This document shows, one piece after another, positions 51,489-64,000 of a stretch of DNA of 64,000 bases. The position numbers and the translations under genes are program-made. This DNA comes from Mobula hypostoma. Lineage: Eukaryota. The notes under the pieces were generated by a model, which saw only the letters and a program-made list of their open reading frames with translations, did not search any database and was not told the origin of the DNA. The stretch lies in NCBI RefSeq assembly GCF_963921235.1, contig NC_086108.1:36830001-36894000 (forward strand), given 5' to 3'. Positions within the stretch are counted from its first letter, which is position 1. The number at the start of each line of letters is the position of its first letter.

Positions 51489-53122
51489 CCATAATCTTCT
51501 AATCTTTTTAGCACCGTCTTGAGATTTTGGAAGATGTTCCTTGTCATCCTCACCTGTAACCATGTTATTATCCAGGTAACACTGAGAGCCTGGGCAGCCT
51601 TTCCACACCTGGTCCATAGCTTTATGCCAGAGTGCAGGTGCTGATGCTACTCCAGAAATAAGCCTATTATCGTGATAAAGCCCTTTATAAATGTCTATGG
51701 TGAGAAACATTTTGGACTCTTCTTTCATCTCCATCTGTAGGTAAGCCTCAGCTAAATCCACTTTGCTAAATTGTTTTCCTGCAGAAAGGTTTGCATAGAT
51801 AACCTTTATCCTGGGCAGAGAGTATTGATCTACTTTCAGTACTGGGTTAATAATGACCTTAAATTCACCACCGATCCAGGCAGACCCGATATTGTTGGTT
51901 ATTGTCCTCCACTCAGCCTTGGAAAGAATTCCTTCAGCCTCCATGCAATGTAGTTCACAGATGATATTAGGAACCCGGTCAGGTTTTGTAAAACTTGGGT
52001 GTGGCATTTTCATTTAACACTACTTTACCCTTGATATTTTTGAGTTTCTCGTCGCCATCCTTAAACACTTCCAGTACCTTTCTTAATCTGGTTTCAATTG
52101 ATTCTGTTGCAGGGTTCGTGGCATGCAAATGGTGGATGGATCTGCAATCTAGTTGCAGTTGTCTCTGCCACTCATGGCCCTAGGATGCTGGCTCTCCTGC
52201 TTTTACCATATACAAGCCCAATATAACTTATTGTCTGTTGTATTTCACTGCTATAAATATCATTCACACAGGAGTTATCTTTTTTTTCCAGTATAAGTTC
52301 TTAGTTGGAGATCTGCAGGCTTTAGTTCAGTATCTTTGAAATGAGTTCAAACTTATTTTTCTGGAATGACGGAGCCAGTGTCCAATTCCATTTTATTAAT
52401 TTGTCTTTCACTTCTGGTGTAAGCCATATTACTTGTCTCTTGTTAGTTTTCACATTGTAAATCTCAAGGCTACCTAGTCCTGGCCACTCTCATCATTGTC
52501 AGATTGTTCATTAACAGCATGCAGATTAATGCTGTTTTTGAAACTGCAACTTGATTTCTGATCAAAAAAATGCAACCTTCCCTGTGCAGTCCATTTATAT
52601 TTGTCTACCTGCCATGTTCTTTGTATGGACCCTATTTTTCTGCATTTTTTTTTGCAAGTCTCACCTTTAAACCTGCATTGGTCTGATGTATGTGAGCCAC
52701 AGCCTCAACAGTAAGATAATTTATTCAGCCAGGCAGCTTCCTGTTTAGATGCTGCAATTTTGTTCACACTAACTTTCATTCCTGACTGCAACTCAATTTT
52801 GCCCCCTGTCTGCTCTTTCCATTGATATTTCAGCAGCTATTTCACCTGCTCTTAAATTTAAGTTGTTCTTCAGTTTGGAGCAATTTTTAAATGCTTTTTT
52901 TGTAAGATTCCACAAACTAAACAATCTCACAGTGTACCATTAAGCATAACACTGAACTGACAATGCTCAGACCATTTCATCAATTCACCCATCTATGTTG
53001 AAATGGATTCACTTTCCTCTTGATTCCATTCATGAAATGCAAAACATTCTGCAATAAACAATGGTTTGGTTCTAAGTATTCCTGCATTACTTTCATGATA
53101 TCAGCAAAGCTTATTTTGGTTG

Positions 53123-53320
53123 TGTATCGTATAGCCTACAGTATAATAAGGGACTACTTTATGTTCTAGTAACACGTCGTTGAATGTGCTATTAGGCATG
53201 TATTGGTCTGTACGTGTGTGTTGAGTTTGGATTCTGCCAGTAAAGAACCATGAAACTTAGCTGCCGTCTCCAGCGTTTTTATTAATAGCATTGTTGTGCA
53301 ACCAGGCCACATACACAACA
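53123..53320 (+). mobile_element. Solo LTR of the 28957-33818 Gypsy family
   Basis: Reverse complement of the 199-bp LTR (TGTATCGTATAGCC...GGCCACATACACAACA); flanks GGTTG and GATTG. Confidence 0.92.
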
Positions 53321-55491
53321 GATTGGTTTGTTTGGAGCAGTTAAACTTCTAAACAAGTTGTATGCCTGTCCAGCTGTTGCATTCAGTAACGCAGGCACTC
53401 ACTTTTCATTTGCTTCAAAATTCTGCTCAGTTCATCTAGTACACATAATCCAGTTATCTGTTGTTCAGTAAAATGCATCTGTCTTTCCTTTGAGGCCAGC
53501 CATTCTGCTCTTTTATTTATTTATTGTTATTTCATCTGGTACTCGCTGTTTATGAACATATGATTTTCATCCCTTTTTCCCTTTTTAACTGAACCATTTC
53601 TATCCCCCTTTTGAAGAAAAAAAACATGCTATACTTTTCTTTTGACTTGAATGTCTCTTTCTCCCCTTCCAAAGAAAAATAATGTACTGCATTTGTTAGT
53701 AACTCAAACATCTCTCTGCGTTTCAGACTGTAGGCAGTTGTCTCTGGTTCATTTTAAAATTTACTTATTGTCTCTGTTATGTTTTGTAACTCCAGAAATT
53801 AATTGGAAGGAAAAAACATGGGATTCCGGAAGGATGTGTACACTTAGTTTACTTTATTGAGACATGCACATATGACGTGGTGGCATCATGGCGTATGCCA
53901 TTCATGTGCTTTTACATATAACCCAAAATGAATAATGTAAATAACAGAGAACGCTTAATCAAATAATATATTTACAATGTTACACAAATATTACTGAAAT
54001 AATAATTACACAACAGATGTTTTGCATTTATCTTGCCTGAGGTCCTACCACAGGTTAATTCCTAAACAACCCTGGTAATTGACTGCAAATAACTTATGCA
54101 GTGAATTCAAGCACACTGTACATTGGAATTGAGGAATACATAGAACAGGAATATAAGTCGGTGCAGTCCTTTTTAGTTGGCCCTGAATGTTTGAAATAGT
54201 ACTTGTTGGATTTTGTCATTGGCTAGTTTGAGCTTTTTATCCTCGTGCCAGTAAATTTGAACTTGTAACAGAATGAATTGGAAGCTTTAACTATTCAAAC
54301 TTAAAAGTGTTTGAATCCTAATGTCTAGTTATCATGAATGTTCTAACCTATATGGAAGCCAGATATAATGGCACAAAATCAATATGGTATCAACCCTTTT
54401 ATTTTTGCTACCAACATTGATGCATAGTGAGATAAACTCCTGAGGTCTTTCATGCTGAATTATAAAGGATACTAGGTAGCATCGTAATCAGCTTGAGAAC
54501 TCTTATCACAGCCAGAAACTCTATTCTGTTCAAATAAACTGACTCATGGCATGAATGCTTTGTCTTCCACAGTTGGCTGCCAAAGATACAAAGTGAAATA
54601 TGCTAGAACAGTCTCAAGCCAATTTCCATTCATGAGTAAGTTTGCAAATTTCTAAAGGATCACTGCAGATTGGAATGGTGTTTTCTGATAAACAAGTCCC
54701 CTTCATGTTCTCTGGCTGATGTCACTAATCAGAACATTAGTTTCTAATGCAAGATAACTCAGGAGATAATTAGAGGCAACTATGAATTGAGCTAAGTTTA
54801 TTTTGGAAAAATCAAATGAACTGGAAATCCTCTCTTGCTGCATATGTAAAATTTGAAACACAATTTTAATAGTTACTTTTCAGTTTTCTGGTTAAAATCA
54901 TTATTTAGGCTGATGTTAGACAGTTGCAAATAACAGCTGTGGTTTATTTTAATGGAACAAAATAATTTGTGTGCAAAGAAACTAGCATTGATTTGTGTGG
55001 AAATAATTGCCAAAAAATTTGGCTCTATATTGCTCAGCATTTGGGTGCTGTGGTTGTTCACTGGTTTGCAATAGGATGATTGATGGTCTTGCAGCTATTA
55101 GTAGCCCAAGTCAGACTGGCCAAAATACTGCCAAGGTCATGGACATATATGATACCATCAGCTGCTGGGTTGCACAGAATAGGTAGTGTGGAACAATAGT
55201 TTAAACCATTTCTGCTATCCTGAAGCTCACCTTGCATCTGGTACCACATATGAACCTCACGTTGCTGCCTACCTGTCCAGCAGCGAAAAGCAGCTGTGGT
55301 TCTTGCTGCTGATTGATTTCTACCAGCAGTTGCCATGATTCAATTGGTGTCCTTTTTTTTCATTTCAGAGACCCACAGGGAGTGGTTCTGCAGATGGTGA
55401 AAAACTTTGTCTTGACTTCAGTGCAGCCAAATACAGCAGGTCCTCTGAAGAAGATTGTTGTACTGCTGTGGCACGGCCATGATAGCAATAT

Positions 55492-57206
55492 TAGAAACAT
55501 AGAAACATAGAAACATAGAAAATAGGTGCAGGAGTAGGCCATTCGGCCCTTTGAGCCTGCACCGCCATTTATTATGATCATGGCTGATCATCCAACTCAG
55601 AACCCCACCCCAGGCTTCCCTCCATACCCCCTGACCCCTGTAGCCACAAGGGTCATATCTAACTCCCTCTTAAACATAGCCAATGAACTGGCCTCAACAG
55701 TTTGCTGTGGCAGAGAATTCCACAGATTCACCACTCTCTGTGTGAAGAAGTTTTTCCTAATCTCGGTCCTAAAAGGCTTCCCCTCTATCCTTAAACTGTG
55801 ACCCCTCGTTCTGGACTTTCCCAACATCGGGAACAATCTTCCTGCATCTAGCCTGTCCAATCCCTTTAGGATCTTATACGTTTCAATCAGATCCCCCCTC
55901 AATCTTCTAAATTCCAACGAGTACAAGCCCAGTTCATCCAGTCTTTCTTCATATGAAAGTCCTGCCATCCCAGGAATCAATCTGGTGAACCTTCTTTGTA
56001 CTCCCTCTATGGCAAAGATGTCTTTCCTCAGATTAGGGGACCAAAACTGCACACAATACTCCAGGTGTGGTCTCACCAAGGCCTTGTACAACTGCAGTAG
56101 TACCTCCCTGCTCCTGTACTCGAATCCTCTCGCTATAAATGCCAGCATACCATTCGCCTTTTTCACCGCCTGCTGTACCTGCATGCCCACTTTCAATGAC
56201 TGGTGTATAATGACACCCAGGTCTCGTTGCACCTCCCCTTTTCCTAATCGGTCACCATTCAGATAATAATATGTTTTCCTATTTTTGCCACCAAAGTGGA
56301 TAACTTCACATTTATCCACATTAAATTGCATCTGCTATGAGTTTGCCCACTCACCCAACCTATCCAAGTCACCCTGCATCCTCTTAGCATCCTCCTCACT
56401 GCTAACACTGCCGCCCAGCTTCGTGTCATCCGCAAATTTGGAGATGCTGCATTTAATTCCCTCATCCAAGTCATTAATATATATTGTAAACAACTGGGGT
56501 CCCAGCACTGAGCCTTGCGGTACCCCACTAGTCACCGCCTGCCATTCTGAAAAGGTCCGGTTTATTCCCACTCTTTGCTTCCTGTCTGCTAACCAATTCT
56601 CCACCCACACCAGTACCTTACCCCCAATACCGTGTGCTTTAAGTTTGTACACTAATCTCCTGTGTGGGACCTTGTCAAAAGCCTTTTGAAAATCCAAATA
56701 TACCACATCCACTGGTTCTCCCCTATCCACTCTACTAGTTACATCCTCAAAAAATTCTATGAGATTCGTCAGACATGATTTTCCTTTCACAAATCCATGC
56801 TGACTTTGTCCGATCATTTCTCCGCTTTCCAAATGTGCTGTTATCACATCCTTGATAATTGACTCCAGCAGTTTCCCCACCACCGACGTTAGGCTAACCG
56901 GTCTATAATTCCCCGGTTTCTCTCTCCCTCCTTTTTTAAAAATTGGGGTTACATTAGCCACCCTCCAATCCTCAGGAACTAGTCCAGAATCTAACGAGTT
57001 TTGAAAAATTATCACTAATGCATCCACTATTTCTTGGGCTACTTCCTTAAGCACTCTAGGATGCAGACCATCTGGCCCTGGGGATTTATCTGCCTTCAAT
57101 CCCTTCAATTTACCTAACACCACTTCCCTACTAACATGTATTTCACTCAGTTCCTCCATCTCACTGGACCCTCTGTCCCTTACTATTTCTGGAAGATTAT
57201 TTATGT
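55492..57206 (-). mobile_element. 5'-truncated CR1 LINE, young
   Basis: ORFs 56335-57159 and 55597-56331 in one frame split by one TAG; complete RT motifs; (TAGAAACA)n tail on +. Confidence 0.96.
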
Positions 57207-57504
57207 TATATTATTATATAATTATTATATTCTGAGTAGGCATGGGACCATGCTAAATGTGAACTGCCTCTGTTGTTGGGTGGCTTCTCAATGTAGTTCA
57301 AGGACTAAGCAGATTGCTCCACAACCTGGACGGAGTTGCCAGCTGCTTCTTTACTGAAAAGGACAGTCTCCAGGCTCCTGAAAAAGCCCTATACAAAGTT
57401 GGCACTGCATTTCTCCAAGCTGTTTGACCAAGGATTTTAGTAGGCCTGTCAATCTATAAAGAATCTTATTGTAATTGGCCCTGAGACTTGTACAACAATT
57501 TGCT

Positions 57505-60055
57505 TCCATGGTTGATGTTGATCCTCTGTTTAAGAAAGGCTCTAAAAATAAACCAGGGATTATCGACTAGTGAGCCTGACATCAGTAGTGGGAAAATATC
57601 GGAAGGTATTCTAAAGGACTGAATATGAGTATTTGGATAGACATGGACTGATTTGGGATAGTCTGCATGTCTTTGTATCTGGTAGGTCATATCAAACCAA
57701 TCGTATAGAGTATTTTAAGAAAGTTAGCAGAAAAGTTGATGAAGACAAGGCAGTAGATGTTTTCTATATGGATTTTAGCAAGACACTTTGTAAAGTCCTG
57801 CATGGGAGGTTGCTCAAGAAGGTTCAGTCGCTCGGCATTCATGATGAGGTAGTAAATTGGATTGACTTTGGCATCGTGGAAGAAGCCAGAGAGTGGTAGT
57901 AGATAGTGCCCCTCTGACTGGAGGCCTGTGACTGGTGTAGCTTTGCAGGGGTTGGTGCTGAGTCCTTTGTGTGTCATCTGTATCAATGATCTGGATGATA
58001 ACGTGGTTAACTGGACCAACAAATTTGCAGATGACACCAAGATTGGGGGCATAGTGGACAGCGAGGAAGTCTATTAGAGCTTGCAGTGGGATCTGGACCA
58101 GCTGGAAAAATGGGCTGAAAAATGGCAGATGGAATTTAATTCAGACAAGTGCGAGGTTTTGCACTTCGTTAGGACCAACTAGGGTAGGTCTTACACAGTG
58201 AATGACAGGGCTCTGAGGAGTGCTGTAGAACAAAGGTATCTGGGAATACAGGTCCATAATTCATTGAAAGTAGTGTTGCAGGTAGATAGAGTTGTAAAGA
58301 AAGCTTTTGGTACATTGGCCTTTGTAAATCAAAGTACTGAGTACAAGAGATGAGGTGTTATGTTGAAGATTTAAAAGACATTGGTGAGGACTAATTTGGA
58401 GTATTATGCGCAGTCTTAATCAACCACCTACAGGAACAATGTAAATAGGGTTGAAAGAGTGCAGGGAAAATTTACAAGGATGTTACCAGAACTGGAGAAC
58501 TTGAGTTATAAGGACCATGAGAACATAAAAAATAAGAACAAGAGTAGGCCATGTGGTCCGTCGAGCCTGCTCCATCATTCAATAAGATCATGGCTGATCT
58601 GACCATGAACTCATCTCCACCTACCTGCCTTTGCCCCCATAACCCTTCATTCCCCTATAATGCAAAAATCTATCCAACCTTGTCTTAAATATATTAACAG
58701 AGATAGCCTCTACTGGGTAGAGAATTGCACAGATTCACTATTCTTTGGGAAAAGCAATTTCTCCTCATCTCCATTCTAAGTTTACTCCCCCGAATCTTGA
58801 GGCTGTGTCCTATAGTTCTAGTCGCATCTATCCTTGGAAACAACTTTCCTGCCTCTATCTTAACTATTCCTTTCATAATTTTATATGTTTCTATAAGATC
58901 TCCTCTCATTCTTCTGAATTCCAGTGAGTATAGTCCCAGGCGACTCAACCTCTTCTCATATTCTAACCTGCTCATCTCTGGAATTAACCTCGTGAACCTC
59001 CTCTACACTGCCTCCAAAGCTAGTCTATCCTTCCTCAAGTAAGGAGACCAGAACTGCATGCAGTATTCCAGGTGCAACCTCACCTGTACCCAGTACAGTT
59101 GCAGCATAACCTCCCTGCTCTTAAATTCAATCCCTCCAGCAAAGAAGACCAATATTCCATTTGCCTTCTTGATAGCCTGCTGCACCTGCAAACCAACCTT
59201 TTGCAATTCATGCACAAGTAGCGTGCTGAAATCTTTTATCATTTAAACAATAATCTGATCTTCTATTTTTCTTTACAAAGTGGATGACCTTGCATTTACC
59301 AACATTGTACTTCATCTTCCAGACTCTTGCCCACTCACTTATCCTATCTATATCTCTCTGCAGACTGTCTGTATCCTCAGCACAACTAACTCAATTTAGT
59401 GTCATCAGCAAACTTAGATACACTACACTTGGTCCCCTCTTCCAGATCACCAATGTATATTGTGAACAGTTGCGGATCCAGCAACGACCCCTGCAGCCCA
59501 TTGCCCACCACTGATTTCCATCCAGAGAAACACCCATGTATCCCAACTCTCTGCTTTCTGTTGGTTAACTAATCCTCTATCCATGCTAAAAAACCACCCC
59601 TAGATCTACGCATCCTGATCTTATGGATAAATCTTTTACATGGCACCTTATTGAATGCCTTCTGGAAATCCAAGGAAAGATTGAATAGGTTAGGACTTCA
59701 TTCCTTGGAACTTAGAAGATTGAGGGGTGATTTGATAGGGGTATACAAAATTATGAAGGGTATAGACAGGGTAAATGCAAGCAGGCTTTTTCCACTGAGA
59801 TTGGGTGGGACTACAACTAGATGTCATAGGTTAAGGGGTGAAAGGTGAAAAGTTTATGGGGAAATTGAGGGAAAATTTCATCACTCATCATGCAAACTCA
59901 ATTTCATAGTTTATCAGCAGTTTGGGTAGACATCTGAATGGCAGGAGTATGGGGGGCTATGTTCTGGGTGCAGGTCAATGTGAGTAGGTAGTTTAAATGG
60001 GTTGGCACGGATTAGATGGACTGATGGGCCTGTTTCTGTGCTGTACTTTTCTATG
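57505..60055 (+). mobile_element. Old CR1 RT fragment split by an antisense CR1
   Basis: 57505-58514 and 59672-60055 are contiguous CR1 sequence (...ENLSYK|ERLNRLGLHSLE...). Confidence 0.88.
58515..59671 (-). mobile_element. CR1 3' fragment nested in the older CR1
   Basis: ORFs 59003-59242 and 58694-58975; AAGGA repeated at 58510-58514 and 59672-59676. Confidence 0.9.
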
Positions 60056-60569
60056 TGCTGTACTACTAGTCTACCCGACCAAATACAAGATCTGAGTCCT
60101 CTGCACTGGATGTATACTATGATGTACCCTTACTCACCATGAAACTGCCCAGCCTATGGAAAATAACTAATGCCCAGCAACATGCCACATGCAGATCCCA
60201 ACCTAGAAACTGATTTTATTCTTGACATTAAATAGTATTATCAGTTGCTGTGATGCCGTTTTGAAGGTTACATAAAAAGCACAATCTTTAGTTACTTCAC
60301 CGAGGTTTCATTGAAGAGTGTCATTAGATTTCCCTGCACAATGCCCCGCTGAAGCTGTTGTTGTCGATTTCAGCATGACATTCTCTTTTGAAATGTTGTA
60401 AGTTCTCACAGTTGTCAGCATGCATTTCGCAGATAGGAGCTCTGCAGTGGTCTCTTAAAGGGACATGCCACAATGCAAGCAACACTTCCAGCTGCAGGCC
60501 TACGTTTGCACGAGTGAATGAATGCTGCGATGATGGGGCAGGAATCATTAACAAACATAGGGCATAGGC

Positions 60570-60715
60570 AGTGTTGATGAGCACAGGGACCTTCGGGTGC
60601 GAGTCCATACATCCTTGAAAGTGACAGCACTCATCGACAGGTGGTAAAGAAAGCATAAGAGCATAGGCATCAAGTTACAACCTGAGAAACATTGAGAGGC
60701 CATACCTGGAGTATT
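60570..60715 (+). mobile_element. Short, old CR1 ORF2 fragment
   Basis: GGGACCTT...GTCCATACATCCTTGAAAGTG...GTGGTAAAGAAAGC...AGGCCATACCTGGAGTATT matches the CR1 RDLGV...RPHLEY region. Confidence 0.6.
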
Positions 60716-60811
60716 CAAAGTGCAAAGTAAATTTATTATCAGAGTACATATATGTCACCATGTACAACCTTGAGATCTATTTCTTTGTGGGCATACTCAA
60801 TAAATCAATAA

Positions 60812-61564
60812 CACTAGACAATAAATATTTCAGAACTTGTTGCTTTCTCAGAATTTTTTTTTGTTTATGATAGACCACTTGAAGCTGAACACAAGTGTAA
60901 TTTCAAACTGCTTGTATTACATGGGAAATTGGAGAAACAAGAAATTAACATTTTGTATAACAATGCTGACACTTTGCAATAGTTCAACTAAGCTAAAAAT
61001 GTTTTGTTGATGATTTTCATTTGACTCAGTGTCCGGGGCTTCTCGTTTAAGCGTCCAACAATAATCAGCCAGCACTGATGGATTCCAGTTGCCTGATTCC
61101 GTTTCTCCATGACTGCAGTATCCTAGTGGAACCTTTTACCATGCTTGTCACTGACAGCGCCAAGATCTGCAGGGAAGAAGTCTAAATGGGAATGTAGAAA
61201 ATGAATCTTTAGTGACATGTTGCACTTCATGGTTTTGGATGCTTGAAGCCTGCTGTCAACCGGCTGCATGTAGGCTGGCACTCTGTAGTTGCCAAGAAAA
61301 ATTTCAACAACATCCTTGAATGACTTCCATTCGATTTTCTCTGGGGTCTCACTAGAAGTTCTTCAAATTGACTGTCATTGATGAGGATGTTTGATTTGTG
61401 GACCAAAATTCTGACCAGAATTATGAATTGAAATAATAAATACAGGCGATTTTATATAAGTGGTGAGTGATAGGAAAATTTCTTGGTGAATTTCATGATC
61501 AGCAGCCCAAAATCCATAAGATACACCAGAAGTGTTCAGGATGCAAAATCTTTGTTGTCCAGTG
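60812..61564. mobile_element. Chapaev3-like (CMC) DNA transposon, internally deleted
   Basis: Termini CACTAGACAA...TTGTCCAGTG; 3-bp TSD TAA (60809-60811, 61565-61567); minus-strand remnant MSLKIHFLHSHLDFFPADLGAVSDKHGKRFH...NWNPSVLADYCWTL at about 61025-61405. Confidence 0.88.
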
Positions 61565-61593
61565 TAATAGAATAATAACAGTAACCAGGTGGC

Positions 61594-62520
61594 TGTTGAA
61601 TATTATATTTTATTGTTAATGTAAACTTTATATATATACACCTGGTAATGCTAAAATAGCTGTCCATGCCTGTAAGAGAAAACAGTGATGTCATTATGCA
61701 CGTGTGGAGTAGAAAGAAGAGTTACAATGTTCTAGAATGAACGTTGAATGCTGGAAGCTGCTTTTCCCAGGTTTGGTGAGGAAAGGTGAATAATATTTGA
61801 TAATAGACATGCAAATTTGTTTATACTTGTTGATAAATCTAGAGTATTGGTAATTTGATATGTTTTACATGTGGATGCTTTAGGTTTTCATGGGTAATGT
61901 ATCCGTGCTGGATAGCATGGTTGTGCAATATTCCTTATTGGCCTAGTAGGTTTGTCTTTCTAGTGATTTAACTATGAGGCAACATATTGTAAAGATGTTG
62001 TAAAAGTTTACTTTTGTCTTACTTTATTGTTTCATGACGGAATGTGAATGTAACGGAGTAATGTGAATGTGTTAATCTCTGTTCATGTAGCATGAGCAAG
62101 AGAATTCATTTCAGGTCTAGCCTATATGTGTTTGGAAGTTGAACATGTGTGTGCCAATGTGAGTATACCTCTTAGTTAAGATGAGATGTATTAATTCATA
62201 TCTTTGATGTCGTATAAAAGGTACAGTGTTGTGGGATTCTAATATTGTTTGTATTTTTTAATAGAATTGTTACTACTGTAATGGTTTTGTAAATTTTGTT
62301 TTATTTACTTTCATACTGCATACACAACTAGTTGATGCACAATTGTGTGGACCGAAACTAAACTGAGATTGCAACGGCAGGAACTGTGGTCTTTTTAAAT
62401 TCATTTTTTTGTGTTTATTTTGATACTCTATTTCTGCATTAAAACATCTAAAACAGATAAAGGAATTAATGACCTGAAAAAATATTTGTTGTCCTGAGTG
62501 TGTATTTTTCCCAGGCTACC
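61594..62520. mobile_element. Unclassified AT-rich insertion, possibly a solo LTR
   Basis: Interrupts the LINE 3' UTR; starts TGTTG; flanked by TGGC (61590-61593, 62521-62524); ends in CC rather than CA; no ORF. Confidence 0.4.
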
Positions 62521-62650
62521 TGGCCATAATGGAGTCAATGAAAGACTGCACAAACTTGAACATTTAACCAGTGTGCGAAAGGCAACTAACTGCAAAAACA
62601 AAGAGAAAGAAATAATAATAATAAATATATAAGCAATGATTATTGAGAGT

Positions 62651-62810
62651 TGAACAATCTTTGGCTCCGGGGCATCTTCCGTGGTGATTGTAGGAGTTGA
62701 GTCTGGGACTGCAGGAAGAGGTTCTGACAGCTTCGGACGCCTTTATTCTCGAACAATTTACTCTGCTCTCCTCAAATGATCAACGTATCTTCTTCAGATG
62801 ACATCAAACC
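62651..62810 (-). mobile_element. Gypsy (Mag-like) integrase C-terminal fragment
   Basis: Minus translation DVI*RRYVDHLRRAE...LSEPLPAVPDSTPTITTEDAPEP, comparable to VWKRHVDQI plus the low-complexity tail in ORF 29326-29976. Confidence 0.55.
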
Positions 62811-63626
62811 CAATATGCCGGAGAGTCATGTATATCTGGTGAAGAACATCTTTAGGAGGCAAATGCTTCGAGCTTGGAGCCATCGAGACCCTTCAGAGAT
62901 TCGTTGGATGCTCCAGGCAGGATGCTGCAAGGAAGGTCTCTGTGATGATGACTGTAGTCTATGAATACTTGCGCTTTGGGGAAGGCTGCAAAATAGCAAA
63001 TTGCTGGGCTTCCTATGCATATTCCTTTGGGCTAAGAGAAAAGTAAATTCAGCACAGAGCTTGGATATCCTCCCCAATGAAGCAGCGAAGAACAAATTAT
63101 GAGATGTGGCAGAGATTAGCAACAAGGGTTTGGACGATGCTGAGGCTTGGAAGATGAGAATGACAGTGACTCTGACCTCTCTAAACAAAGCAGTGTAAGG
63201 CTTTGTTTAATTTTGCAGCTGGTCACGGATCTCATTCAGGAGCAGGAATTCAATTTGCACGTTGACCCGCTAAATAGCACAATTATAGGGAGAAGCAGGG
63301 TTAGTAAAATGCAGCTGCTCTGTTTGTAAATACAAATGCTAGTCAGTGAAAATGAGAGTGTCACTCCAGGTAGATACTGTGACTTTGTTTTGAGGAGTCT
63401 CATTCTGGAAAGATAAGTATGAGGGGAAACGAAATTTCTGACAAAATGTAAGGTACCAAATTTCCTGACAGGCGCTAAACTACCAAGAAATACACACAGA
63501 ATTGCTGTACTCCAGGTAAAGCTATTTTTCAGTGGTCAACAGTGTTAGTTTCAGTATTGGGTGCACAAATTTCTAGCCTTCATCTCTAAGATAATCATTG
63601 GGTGCCTGATCAGGTAGCTGATGGCA

Positions 63627-64000
63627 GGGGCGTCACGTGATGACGTGGGATTGAGACGTGTAAATCCAGCTCTCCCATAAAAAATTAGCAAAGTACTGTT
63701 TAAACAAAACAAAGTTAATAAATACTTTCCGAAAACTATTTATAAACTTTGTAAGACTACTTTATGATATGCCTCCTAAACCGCAACAAAAGAAGTCTGC
63801 TGTTGCGAAGCAGCCGCGAGAGGGGAAGAAAAAAGGGCCTACTGCAACGATGGAGCCTCGGACTCAGGTTGGATCTCCTTCGGTAGAACAGGGAGCAATG
63901 GCGGCGGTAGCGGTCTCTCCGAAGAAGATGCCGGAAATGCGCATGCGCAAACCGACACAACACAAACTACAAGAACCGACAGCCACTGCAATTGAAAATG
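63627..64000 (+). mobile_element. Probable 5' end of an L1-clade LINE (5' UTR and ORF1 start), running off the window
   Basis: Abrupt CpG-rich start GGGGCGTCACGTGATGACGT resembling the L1 5' end at 43350; ATG 63769 opens a basic frame MPPKPQQKKSAVAK... open to the window end. Confidence 0.6.

Larger units (their letters stand above)
44779..54015 (-). mobile_element. Old Mag-like Gypsy provirus hosting two nested LTR insertions
   Basis: LTRs about 44779-45014 and 53775-54015 (TGTTTTGTAACTCCAGAAATTAAT...ACA); PPT 45015-45023; RNase H 45527-46050; RT 51490-52013 (YLDN); gag/protease relics about 52100-53500; possible TSD GATAT/GATGT; integrase largely deleted. Confidence 0.88.
60714..62650 (-). 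mobile_element. Rex1/Babar-like 3' UTR in three pieces (60714-60811, 61565-61590, 62521-62650)
   Basis: CAAAGTAAATTTATTATCAGAGTACATATATGTCACCATGTACA is the reverse complement of the 3' end at 26470-26525; continues after two insertions. Confidence 0.65.

Noticed and set aside
55369..55485. Strong acceptor followed by open frames
   Set aside because: No recognisable protein similarity and no convincing donor.
63030..63200. Acidic peptide (LEDENDSDSD) resembling a piggyBac N-terminus
   Set aside because: Too short, interrupted, and no TTAA/TIR or catalytic motifs found.

Overview
Eukaryotic, repeat-dense, intronic or intergenic vertebrate DNA. The repeat spectrum (HE1-like V-SINEs, HER1/CR1 LINEs, Penelope-like elements) suggests a cartilaginous fish, probably a ray; this is inference. 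No host protein-coding gene could be identified and nearly every long ORF is a decayed transposon ORF. Contents: two near-full-length CR1 LINEs (5906-9990 minus, 14860-19035 plus) and many 5'-truncated copies; three L1-clade pieces; a full-length Mag-type Gypsy provirus (28957-33818); an older Mag-type provirus (44779-54015) holding a sushi-like chromovirus and a solo LTR; Penelope-like 3' ends; Rex1/Babar-like fragments; V-SINEs; DNA transposon relics (fold-back mariner, two Tigger4-like, Harbinger, Chapaev3); and a 33-bp minisatellite. Best leads: (i) a correctly phased T_TTA_AAC slippery site at the CR1 ORF1/ORF2 junction, suggesting -1 ribosomal frameshifting; (ii) minimal hammerhead ribozymes in the Penelope-like repeats, including a 92-bp unit with a 13-bp TSD; (iii) an ORF1-only L1 with TSD; (iv) two CR1 copies sharing one nonsense mutation; (v) a palindromic mariner built from two 3' ends. 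Family names come from manual motif recognition, not database searches; boundaries of old copies are approximate.
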